Program-made: the position numbers and the translations under genes | NCBI GenBank assembly: GCA_023398815.1 | Contig: JAEWRW010000028.1 | Location: 139,102-203,101 of the forward strand | Source: Bacillota bacterium | GTDB taxonomy: Bacteria > Bacillota > Clostridia > Christensenellales > UMGS416 | Direction of reading: 5' to 3' | DNA length: 64,000 nucleotides | Shown: positions 17,349 to 25,478 of the stretch, one piece after another | Numbering within the stretch: position 1 is the stretch's first letter | Layout of the letters: each line of letters opens with the position of its first letter | The notes under the pieces: model-generated | Databases searched by the model: none | What the model was told of the DNA's origin: nothing | What the model saw: only the letters and a program-made list of their open reading frames with translations

Positions 17349-19109
17349 TCATTCTCGGTAGTACTGGGCTTGCATATGGAACAGTTCACTGTACACCCCG
17401 TTTTGTTCCAGCAGCTCCTCGTGTGTCCCTCGCTCAACGATCTCCCCATTGGCAAACACCGCAATGGTATCACAGAACCGGGCACTAGAAAGCCGATGGG
17501 AAATGTAGACGGCTGTCTTTCCGGCCACCATCTCGTTGAAAGATTCGAGCATGGCAACCTCCGCACGTGGGTCGAGGGCTGCGGTGGGCTCGTCCAGTAT
17601 GACGATGGAGCTTTCCCGGCAAATGGCACGTGCCAGGGCGATCTTCTGCCCCTCACCACCCGAAGGCTCAAACCCCGCCTCGTCAAAGTCCTTGTATACG
17701 CCGGTGTGAATGTCATGTGAAAGCGACCGAAGCTTTTCGCTCATACCGACGCGCTCCAGAACTTCTTCCACGGCCCGGTCGGACACCTCCCGTGACAATG
17801 CAACGTTCTCCTTGAGGAAAAAAGAGAAGAGCTTGAAGTCCTGAAACACCGTCGAAAGCAAACTGACATACGCATCGTAGTCGATGTCTCGAATGTTGAC
17901 ACCGTTGAGCAGAATTTCACCCTCTGTGGGGTCGTAGAGTCGGCAAAGGAGTTTGACGAATGACGTTTTGCCCGCGCCGTTCTCCCCCACGATTGACAGC
18001 TTTTCCCCTTGGCGCAGTGTGAGGTTGACGTTTCGCAGGGCGTAGCTCTCCTGGCCCGGGTATCGAAAGGACACGTTGCGAAACTCAATGGCACAGCCGC
18101 CGGTTGGAACGGACTTGCCCCCGCTCGCGCGCAGGCGTTTGGGTACGTGCAGATATTCGTCGAGGGCGTCAAAGTATACACTGTACGTTCTGATCTCCAC
18201 AATGCTGCCCATCAAGGCCCGCAGCGACGCCGCGAAGGCCGTCACCGCGCCAACATACATAGTGAACCCACCGATGGTGATCGCACCCGACAGCACCCGA
18301 CCGATGAGGTAGGCATAGGCGGCGCACTGCTGCAGGAAGGTCAGTGCCGCGCCAACGATGCCGCTCTTGATGTGGAAATCGTTCTGCCGCTTCAGGTTGG
18401 CAACACAACGTTCCGTGTACATCCGCTCACGGCTCAAAAGCCAGTCCCCCAGGCCGTTCATCCGAATCTCCTTGCCATAGGCAACGTTCTCGAACAGCTC
18501 CCCGTAGTAGCGCCAGCCCCGTTGGTTGCGGACAACCTCCAAAGACAATCGATGAGCGTGTTTGCTCGCCCAGCCCTCCACCCATGCGCCCAGCGCAACA
18601 AGGACAACAAACAACAGGACGATGGGAATACTGAGCGTGGCGATGATTGCACCGATACCAAAGAGCGTGACGCACTGCCCCACAATCGTCAGGGCGCAGT
18701 CGAACAGGTAAGAGAAACCGTGCCAGTCGCAATACAGAAACTTGTTGGCCTTCTCTTTCAAATCCAGAAAGGCCGGGTTCTCCAGATTCTCCCAATCCGC
18801 GTCGGCAAGGTTTTTGTGGAGCATGAGATCAAAGGCCGCCGACACCCTGCACCGGCGGGTGAAGCCATCCCGGAAGAAGTAGGTAGACAAACAGGAAGCC
18901 ACTAGCGTGTACCCGGCAAGAATGCCGACGTAGAAAACGAGATGGGCCATCCGTCGAGCTCCCACCAGCTCGTCGATGATAGAACGTGGCATGATCGTTG
19001 CCACAATTGGGAGAACGGAATTTACAATCTGATGAATCACATTCCAGAGAATATAGCGCTTGTCGGTTTTCCACCCAAAACTGCAAAAGAACCAAAGACC
19101 TTTTAACAT
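17349..19109 (-). CDS. ABC exporter, fused permease/ATP-binding protein (type 1 exporter, half-transporter)
   Basis: ORF 17349..19169. The start is at 19109 (MLKGLWFFCSFGWK), after GGAGGGA. An N-terminal 6-TM domain is followed by Walker A GENGAGKTSFVKLL, signature SGGEGQKIALARA and Walker B IVILDEPTAALD. It is visibly lower in GC than its neighbours, and there is no partner half-transporter gene. Confidence 0.85.
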   Translation of the reverse strand: MLKGLWFFCSFGWKTDKRYILWNVIHQIVNSVLPIVATIMPRSIIDELVGARRMAHLVFYVGILAGYTLVASCLSTYFFRDGFTRRCRVSAAFDLMLHKNLADADWENLENPAFLDLKEKANKFLYCDWHGFSYLFDCALTIVGQCVTLFGIGAIIATLSIPIVLLFVVLVALGAWVEGWASKHAHRLSLEVVRNQRGWRYYGELFENVAYGKEIRMNGLGDWLLSRERMYTERCVANLKRQNDFHIKSGIVGAALTFLQQCAAYAYLIGRVLSGAITIGGFTMYVGAVTAFAASLRALMGSIVEIRTYSVYFDALDEYLHVPKRLRASGGKSVPTGGCAIEFRNVSFRYPGQESYALRNVNLTLRQGEKLSIVGENGAGKTSFVKLLCRLYDPTEGEILLNGVNIRDIDYDAYVSLLSTVFQDFKLFSFFLKENVALSREVSDRAVEEVLERVGMSEKLRSLSHDIHTGVYKDFDEAGFEPSGGEGQKIALARAICRESSIVILDEPTAALDPRAEVAMLESFNEMVAGKTAVYISHRLSSARFCDTIAVFANGEIVERGTHEELLEQNGVYSELFHMQAQYYRE

Positions 19110-19140
19110 AGAAATCCCTCCGCATCGTGTTACTTTTGGG

Positions 19141-19193
19141 CACAAAAATACCGCAAAAAAGCAACACAAACACGAAGGCAGCGCACTGCCTTT
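19141..19193 (-). terminator. hairpin + long U-rich tract inside the ABC exporter leader (candidate attenuator)
   Basis: Minus strand reads AAGGCAG-TGCG-CTGCCTT, followed by CGTGTTTGTGTTGCTTTTTTGCGGTATTTTTGTG. It lies about 30 nt upstream of the exporter RBS and downstream of the separate strong terminator at 19354-19384. Confidence 0.5.
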
Positions 19194-19266
19194 CTGCGCA
19201 AGTGAATGCTCTTTGCGGTTAACCGATCACGAAGGGCTTGTACAAGGAATCCACCTCACTCTTTTG

Positions 19267-19299
19267 CTAATAGTGTACACCATCGAACTCAATGGTCAA
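19267..19299 (-). other. candidate 10-codon leader mini-ORF (TTG start) upstream of the ABC exporter
   Basis: Minus strand reads GAGGAGG-ATTTTC-TTG ACC ATT GAG TTC GAT GGT GTA CAC TAT TAG (MTIEFDGVHY). The SD and spacing are strong. The same bases could instead act as a TTGACC-16-TACACT promoter. Confidence 0.25.
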
Positions 19300-19353
19300 G
19301 AAAATCCTCCTCAGCGTCGCGAGAAGTGGGAGCCGATCATGCTGGTGTAACAG

Positions 19354-19384
19354 AAAAGCAAGGAAGCATTGCTTCCTTGCTTTT
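19354..19384. terminator. strong bidirectional terminator after the 2-oxoacid dehydrogenase operon
   Basis: AAAAGCAAGGAAG-CATTG-CTTCCTTGCTTTT is a perfect 13-bp stem flanked by A- and T-runs, 28 nt after the stop at 19412. Confidence 0.8.
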
Positions 19385-19411
19385 TGGTGTTCCTGGGTGA
19401 TAAATGGGTAC

Positions 19412-21880
19412 CTACACGCCCTTCTTGGCGTTGACAAGCTGAGCCGCGGCGGTGAACTGGCCCTTGGGCGTGTAACCCTGGAGCGGCAACATCTTCTCGT
19501 GCACGGCCTCCACCACCCACCAAGGCTGGGGGAAGAACGCGCTGTCGAGCTCGGTGGCCGGGGTAACCCAGTTGCGGGAGCCGATGACGACCGGCGGCGC
19601 GTCCAGATCGTCAAAAGCCAGCTCGGTGAGGTTGCGTGCCAGGTCGGCCGCGAAGCTGCCGCGCTCGCAGGCCTCGGTGAGCACCACGACCCGTCCGGTC
19701 TTCTTGAGGGACGCAAGCACGGGCTGGTAATCGAAGGGCACCAGTGACCGGGCGTCGATGACCTCGGCCGAGACGCCATACTTGGCCAGTTCGTCGGCGG
19801 CGGCAATGGCGGTGTAGAGTGCCGCACCGATGGAGACGATGGTGAGGTCGCTGCCCACGCGCTTGACATCGGGCAGGCCAATGGGCACCTCGTAATACCC
19901 CTCGGGCACACCGCCCTGGTGGAAGAGCTCGCCCACGTCGTAGAGACGCTGGCTCTCAAAGAACACCACCGGGTCGGTGCCGGAGAGTGCGGCGTTCAAC
20001 AGGCCCTTGGCGTCATAGGGCGTGGCCGGGTAGACGACCTTGAGCCCCGGCATGTGGGCGGCCAGCGCCGTCCAATCCTGGCTGTGCTGGGCGCCGTACT
20101 TCATGCCCACCGACAGGCGCAGCACCACGGGCATCTTGAGCTCGCCCGCGCTCATGGCCTGCCACTTGGCCAGTTGGTTGAAGATCTCATCGCCGGCGCG
20201 GCCCATGAAGTCGGCATACATGAGTTCCACCACCGCACGACCACCGCACATGGCATAGCCCACGGCGGAACCCACAATGGCGGCCTCGCTGATGGGCGAA
20301 TTGAACAGGCGATGATACGGCAGCGCCTCGGTGAGGCCGCGGTACACGGCGAACGCACCGCCCCAGTCGCGGTTGTCCTCGCCATAGGCGATGAGCGTGG
20401 GGTCGGTGTAGAACTTGTCAACGAGGGCCTCAAACAGGCCATCGCGCAGCTGGTACGCCTTCGTCTTGGAGACGGGCTTGCCATTGGCGTCGATGCCGAA
20501 GCGTTCCTTCTTGGCGATGGCCTGCACGCGGGGATTTTCTTCTTTGGGCATCAAAGTCGTGCAGTGGCCGTCCTCCATGGCCATCTCATGGCCGTTGGAA
20601 AACATGAGGTCGGCGATGGCGTCGGGCCGGGCCGACAGGCTCATGTAGGGCGACACTTCGTTGTCGGCCGCGAGTTTGAGCGACTGCAGGATGAGCGCGC
20701 GGGTGCGAGCCCAGATGGCCTCGATGCTCTCGTCTGCGAGGAGGCCAGCCGCCTTCAGCTCCGCCGGGTAGGCGGTCAGCGGGTCAACGGCCTGCCAGGC
20801 CTTGATTTCGTCCTCGGTGCGGTAGGTCGAGCTATCCGACGGGGAGTGGCCACTGTAGCGGTAGGTCACCACATCGAGAAGCGCCGGGCCGCAGCCGCCG
20901 CGCAGAATCTCCTTCTTGCGGGCGACGGCGTCCATCACCGCCAGCGGGTTGAAGCCATCCACACGCTCGGCATGGAGCTGGGTGGGGCTGATGCCCGCGC
21001 CGATGCGCGCCACCATGTTGTAGGCCATCGTCTCGCCCACGGTCTGCCCACCCATGCCATAGTGGTTGTTGAAAATGTTGAAGAGCACCGGCAGGCCGCC
21101 GTTGTGGCCGTCCTCCCACAGCTCAGTGAGCTGATCCATGGCAGCGAAGTTCATGGCCTCCCACACCGGGCCGCAGCCGATGGAACCGTCGCCGATGTTG
21201 GCGATGACGATGCCGTCCTTCCCACGCACACGCTTGTAGAGCGCAGCGCCGGTGGCGATATCCGCCGAGCCACCCACCAGAGCGTTGTTGGGGTAGATGC
21301 CGAAGGGCAAGAAGAACGCGTGCATGGAGCCGCCCAGGCCCTTGTTGAAGCCGGTCTCCTTGGCGAAAATCTCCGACACGGCACCGTAGACGAGGAATGC
21401 CGCTGCCAATTCCTTCACGCTGGCGTAGCTGCCGTTGGCCTCCACCACCGCGAGGATGCGCCCGCCGTTGGCCGCCTTCATGATGCGCATGAGTTCGTCA
21501 TCCGGCAACTTCGCAATGGCCGACAGGCCCTTGGCAAGGATTTCGCCGTGGCTGCGGTGGGAACCGAAGATGAAGTCGTTGGTATCAAGGTGGAAGGCCT
21601 GGCCCACGGCCGATGCCTCCTGCCCCATGGAAAGGTGGGCCGGGCCACCGTAACCACAGGTGAGACCCATGTATTCGCCCGTCCGCTTGATGGAGTTGAT
21701 CATCGACTCAAACTCGCGGATGACCGCCATATGCTCAAAGATGCGCACCAGCGCCGCGTCACCATACCGGGCGCGCTCGTCGGCCATGGTGCCGCTGTAT
21801 TGGTTGACCGGGATGGCGGAAAACTCAATCCAACCGCTGGCGCGGGCCGCCTCGGGGCTTACACTCAATCGCTTTGTCAT
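19412..21880 (-). CDS. 2-oxoacid dehydrogenase E1 component, fused alpha+beta subunits (TPP-dependent)
   Basis: ORF 19412..21907. The start is at 21880, 10 nt after GAGGAG. The N-terminal half is E1-alpha, with TPP motif GDGSIGCGPVWEAMNFAAM...NIFNNHYGMG. The C-terminal half is E1-beta/transketolase-like (LIAYGEDNRDWGGAFAVYRGL...RLFNSPISEAAIVGSAVGYAM...PVVFFESQRLY). It is one continuous 822-aa frame. Confidence 0.85.
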   Translation of the reverse strand: MTKRLSVSPEAARASGWIEFSAIPVNQYSGTMADERARYGDAALVRIFEHMAVIREFESMINSIKRTGEYMGLTCGYGGPAHLSMGQEASAVGQAFHLDTNDFIFGSHRSHGEILAKGLSAIAKLPDDELMRIMKAANGGRILAVVEANGSYASVKELAAAFLVYGAVSEIFAKETGFNKGLGGSMHAFFLPFGIYPNNALVGGSADIATGAALYKRVRGKDGIVIANIGDGSIGCGPVWEAMNFAAMDQLTELWEDGHNGGLPVLFNIFNNHYGMGGQTVGETMAYNMVARIGAGISPTQLHAERVDGFNPLAVMDAVARKKEILRGGCGPALLDVVTYRYSGHSPSDSSTYRTEDEIKAWQAVDPLTAYPAELKAAGLLADESIEAIWARTRALILQSLKLAADNEVSPYMSLSARPDAIADLMFSNGHEMAMEDGHCTTLMPKEENPRVQAIAKKERFGIDANGKPVSKTKAYQLRDGLFEALVDKFYTDPTLIAYGEDNRDWGGAFAVYRGLTEALPYHRLFNSPISEAAIVGSAVGYAMCGGRAVVELMYADFMGRAGDEIFNQLAKWQAMSAGELKMPVVLRLSVGMKYGAQHSQDWTALAAHMPGLKVVYPATPYDAKGLLNAALSGTDPVVFFESQRLYDVGELFHQGGVPEGYYEVPIGLPDVKRVGSDLTIVSIGAALYTAIAAADELAKYGVSAEVIDARSLVPFDYQPVLASLKKTGRVVVLTEACERGSFAADLARNLTELAFDDLDAPPVVIGSRNWVTPATELDSAFFPQPWWVVEAVHEKMLPLQGYTPKGQFTAAAQLVNAKKGV

Positions 21881-21896
21881 CGTTCTTCCACTCCTC

Positions 21897-23264
21897 TCAA
21901 AACTCAAAGGCTGCTTCCCGCAGCACTTCCGACACCGTCGGGTGCGGGAACACGACCTTCTTCATGTCTTCCACACGCATGCGGCGCTCAATCATCATCG
22001 CCGCCCCATAGATCATCTCCGAGGCATAGGGGCCACAGAGCTGCACCCCCAACACCGCACCGGTGCGCCGGTCGGCCACCAGCAGGGCGAAGTCCGCCCC
22101 TGAGGGCTGCTCAGCCAGGTACCGGCCGGAATACCGCATGGAAAGCTCCACCGTTTTCGCGTCGATGCCACGGCGCTGGGCTTCGGCGGCGGTGAGGCCG
22201 ACGCTGGCGACCTCCGGATGGGTGTACAGCACCGAGGGAATGGCGTCGTAGTTCATGGCGTCAGCCTTCCCCAGGATGATGTTGACGCACAACTCGGCCT
22301 CGCGGTAGGCGGTGTGGGCCAGCAGGGATTTGCCGTTGATGTCACCGGCGGCAAAGACGCCGCCCACATTGGTACGGCCACGGTCGTCAGTGACGACGGC
22401 ACCCCGCTCGGTGGCCACGCCGATGCGCTCCAGCCCCAGGCCGTCGCTGACCGGCCGGCGGCCGATGGAGACGAGCACCAGGTCAGGCTGGGAACACTGC
22501 TCGGCACCGTCCACCTCATAGAACACCCTGCCCGGCTCCAGCCGGGTGACCTTGGCAGAGAGGCGGAAGCGAATGCCCGCCTTCTCCAAATCCTTGCGCA
22601 GGTGGTCGGCCAGCTTTTCATCCAGCGGGCCACCCACGCGGGGCAGCATTTCGACCACTTCCACTTCGGCCCCGGCTTCGCGGTAGTAGCTGGCCATCTC
22701 GAGGCCAATGACGCCACCGCCGATGACCAGGAGCTTGCCAGGCACAGTCTGCCGCTCCAGCATGCCGGTGGAGGTGACGGCAAAGCCCGCGTTCAGCGCG
22801 TCCGCCAAGCCCGGGATGGGTGGCAGCAGCGGCGCAGACCCGGCGCACAGAAGCACATAGCGAGCGGTGTAAGTCTCCTCCCCCGCCTTCAGCTGGAAGC
22901 CGCCGTCGGTGCGGCCAAGGATCTCAGCCGCAGCCTTCACCACGGTGACCCCAGCTTTTTTGAGTTTTGCTTCCACCCCGCCCACCAGGGTCTTGACCAC
23001 CCGGGCCTTGTGAGCCATGACGGCGGCGTGATCCAGGGTGATGCCCTCCACCTTCACACCCAGGCGCGCGCCGTCGCGGGCGGCGGCATAGACCTTGGCG
23101 CTGTTCAGCAGTGCCTTGGTGGGGATGCACCCCTCATTGAGGCAGGTACCGCCCACGTTCTTCTTCTCAAAAAGTACAGTCTTCAGGCCGCCTTTGGCTG
23201 CGAGCTCGGCCCCGTGGTACCCGGCTGGGCCGCCGCCGATGATGGCAAGATCAAATTGTTGCAT
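21897..23264 (-). CDS. lpdA: dihydrolipoyl dehydrogenase (E3)
   Basis: 455 aa: MQQFDLAIIGGGPAGYHGA, redox-active disulfide GGTCLNEGCIPTK, NAD site VIGGGVIGLEMA, and C-terminal HPTVSEVLREA. Confidence 0.9.
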   Translation of the reverse strand: MQQFDLAIIGGGPAGYHGAELAAKGGLKTVLFEKKNVGGTCLNEGCIPTKALLNSAKVYAAARDGARLGVKVEGITLDHAAVMAHKARVVKTLVGGVEAKLKKAGVTVVKAAAEILGRTDGGFQLKAGEETYTARYVLLCAGSAPLLPPIPGLADALNAGFAVTSTGMLERQTVPGKLLVIGGGVIGLEMASYYREAGAEVEVVEMLPRVGGPLDEKLADHLRKDLEKAGIRFRLSAKVTRLEPGRVFYEVDGAEQCSQPDLVLVSIGRRPVSDGLGLERIGVATERGAVVTDDRGRTNVGGVFAAGDINGKSLLAHTAYREAELCVNIILGKADAMNYDAIPSVLYTHPEVASVGLTAAEAQRRGIDAKTVELSMRYSGRYLAEQPSGADFALLVADRRTGAVLGVQLCGPYASEMIYGAAMMIERRMRVEDMKKVVFPHPTVSEVLREAAFEF

Positions 23265-23265
23265 G

Positions 23266-24492
23266 TCACGCCTCCCCGTTGTCGCGCAGAATGGTATCGA
23301 GCTGGCCGATGGTGTCGCACAGCTCCTTCAGGAACCGGGAGGCCGGCGCACCGTCCACCGCCCGGTGGTCGTAGGTCAGCGACAGGCCCAAGGCCGGGTA
23401 AATCTGCAGGTAACCGTTCGGATCCCGCCGGGGCCGGTCCACAATGGCGCAGACGCCGAGGATGCCGGTTTGGGGCGGGTTGATGACGGGGGTGAAGAGC
23501 TCCACCCCCAGCGCCCCCAGGTTGCTGACGGTGAAGGTACCGCCAGTCAGCTTGTCAGGGCTGATGGCCCCGCTGCGGCATTCCTCTGCCAAAGCCTTGG
23601 CCTGGGCGGCAATCTCCTCCAGCGACAGGGAATCGGCATGGAAGAGCGTGGGCACCATGAGCCCGCGGTCGGTATCCACCGCCACACCCAGATGCACCCC
23701 GTGGAAGCGGCGCATCTTGCCATCCAACAGGTTGGCGTTGAGGTCGGGGTGATTCTTCAGCACTCGGGACACAGCATAGAGCACCATGTCATTGAGGGTC
23801 ACGTTGACGCCACCGGCAGCGGCCTTGGCCTTGCGCTGGGCGCGCAGCGCAAGGAGTGCGCTGGCGTCGGCCGAGCTATGGTGGGTGAGCTGGGCCATGG
23901 TGGCCAGCGACTGATGCATGCTCTCGGCAATACGCTTGCGGATGTTACTGAGGGGCGTCTCATCGTACCCCATGTCGCCGGTGGGAGCCGTGCGCACCCG
24001 GCCATCAGCCAGGGCGTAGAGGTCGCGCTCGATGACGCGCCCGTGGGGGCCGGTACCGATGGCTTGGGCCGGGTCAAGACCCATCCGCTCCGCCGCGCGT
24101 CGCGCCCGGGGGGAGACTGAGACCTCGCCCGCCGGTTGAGCGGCCATGACCGGTGCAGGCTCAGCAACCTGCGGGGCGCCGCTTTGCTTGGCCGGGGCAG
24201 CGGATGTGTCATCCTTGGGAGCCACCTCCGCCAATAGGGCGGCAATGTCCTCCCCCGCCGTGCCGACGACGCAGACCGGCTCCATGACGGGGATCTCGTC
24301 GCCCTCCTCGCACAGCAGCCGCAGCAGCGTACCGTCGGTTTGGGCGGTCTCTTCAAAGGCCGATTTGTCCGTTTCGTAGGAGAAGAGCACGTCCCCAGCC
24401 GCGATGGTCTGGCCCTCGGCCGCGTGCCACTTGGTCAGGATGCAGCTTTCTACCGTATTGCCCTGTTTGGGCATTTTGATGATGGTCGCCAA
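23266..24492 (-). CDS. dihydrolipoamide acyltransferase (E2)
   Basis: ORF 23266..24501. The preferred TTG start at 24492 is 8 nt after AGGAGG and gives (M)ATIIKMPKQGNTVESCILTKW. It has a lipoyl domain (ETDKSAFE), an A/P-rich linker, a subunit-binding domain (SPRARRAAERMGLDPAQAIGTGPHGRVIERD) and the catalytic motif LTYDHRAVDGAPASRFL. Confidence 0.88.
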   Translation of the reverse strand: MATIIKMPKQGNTVESCILTKWHAAEGQTIAAGDVLFSYETDKSAFEETAQTDGTLLRLLCEEGDEIPVMEPVCVVGTAGEDIAALLAEVAPKDDTSAAPAKQSGAPQVAEPAPVMAAQPAGEVSVSPRARRAAERMGLDPAQAIGTGPHGRVIERDLYALADGRVRTAPTGDMGYDETPLSNIRKRIAESMHQSLATMAQLTHHSSADASALLALRAQRKAKAAAGGVNVTLNDMVLYAVSRVLKNHPDLNANLLDGKMRRFHGVHLGVAVDTDRGLMVPTLFHADSLSLEEIAAQAKALAEECRSGAISPDKLTGGTFTVSNLGALGVELFTPVINPPQTGILGVCAIVDRPRRDPNGYLQIYPALGLSLTYDHRAVDGAPASRFLKELCDTIGQLDTILRDNGEA

Positions 24493-24534
24493 CGGGCGCA
24501 CCTCCTGCTGTTGTTGTCAATTTAGGATGCATAA

Positions 24535-24549
24535 TGTGATTTATTCACA
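24535..24549. promoter_or_regulatory. palindrome TGTGA-N5-TCACA in the AT-rich region upstream of the E2-E3-E1 operon (candidate operator)
   Basis: Plus strand reads TGTGATTTATTCACA; with flanks it reads ATTGTGAATAAATCACAT on the minus strand. It lies about 45 nt upstream of the E2 start in the only AT-rich stretch nearby. Confidence 0.3.
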
Positions 24550-24603
24550 ATGATATGGTACCAATCGGCCAACCATTCGTCAACAGGAATCTGAACAAAA
24601 GGA

Positions 24604-25473
24604 CTACCGAGGCCGTCCCACCAAAAGGAGCCACTCGGCCGTGACCGTGGGCTGGGGGTGGGCAATCAAGCTCACTCGGCGTTCCTCGTCCGCCGGCCAA
24701 GTGAGCGGGGTCATGGCAATGAGGTCGGGCCACAGGGCCGGCGAAATGGGAACGTCCGCCCGTATCATCTTCCGCTCCAACACCTCAAACCCCTGCGCAA
24801 AGTGTTGCAGCACATCGTCGTTGTCGTAGCTCTCCCGGTCGTCGCCGCCGTAGAGCGCCTGCCGCAGCTCACGGAGGTACGCCGCCCCGGGCACGGCCTT
24901 CAGCACCACGCCGCCGGGTGCCAGCACGCGGGAAAACTCCCGGTGGTTGGTGGGCGACAGGATGTTGAGGATGGCGTGGAACGTGCCATCGGCAAAGGGA
25001 AGGTGGGTCAGGTCAGCCACGCACCACAGCGGCCCGGCATAAGCCGACGCCGCTAGACGGATCCCCTCTTTGGAAAGGTCAACGCCGGCGGCTTCCGCTG
25101 CCCTGTCCCCCTCGGCCAACAGGGCCAGAATGGAGTGGAGCGCGCTGCCCTCACCACAGCCGGCGTCAAGCAGGCGGGTCTGGTCTCCGGGCAGAAAGTG
25201 AATCACCGCTTCAGCCAGCGCTGCTTCCAGCGCGTCAAAAAAGCCGCTGCAAGCAATGGCCCGGCGGCTTGTGAGCATGGGACGGTCGTATTTGGAGGGA
25301 GCGGCGGCCTGTGCCAAGGTGAGAGACCCTTTGGCGTTGATGTCAAAACTGTGGCCGACGGCACAACGCACGCTGCCGGCATCTCGTGTGCCCAAAGCAC
25401 CGCCACACACCGGGCAGCACAGCACACCCGCGTTGCGGGCCATCCAGTCGTGCACCTGGGAAGTGCGGTTCAT
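24604..25473 (-). CDS. SAM-dependent methyltransferase with N-terminal zinc ribbon (RlmA/RrmA-like rRNA methyltransferase family)
   Basis: 289 aa: CCPVCGGAL...RCAVGHSFDINAKG, then SAM motif I LLDAGCGEG; the rest has the class I methyltransferase pattern. Confidence 0.65.
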   Translation of the reverse strand: MNRTSQVHDWMARNAGVLCCPVCGGALGTRDAGSVRCAVGHSFDINAKGSLTLAQAAAPSKYDRPMLTSRRAIACSGFFDALEAALAEAVIHFLPGDQTRLLDAGCGEGSALHSILALLAEGDRAAEAAGVDLSKEGIRLAASAYAGPLWCVADLTHLPFADGTFHAILNILSPTNHREFSRVLAPGGVVLKAVPGAAYLRELRQALYGGDDRESYDNDDVLQHFAQGFEVLERKMIRADVPISPALWPDLIAMTPLTWPADEERRVSLIAHPQPTVTAEWLLLVGRPR

Positions 25474-25478
25474 GGTCG

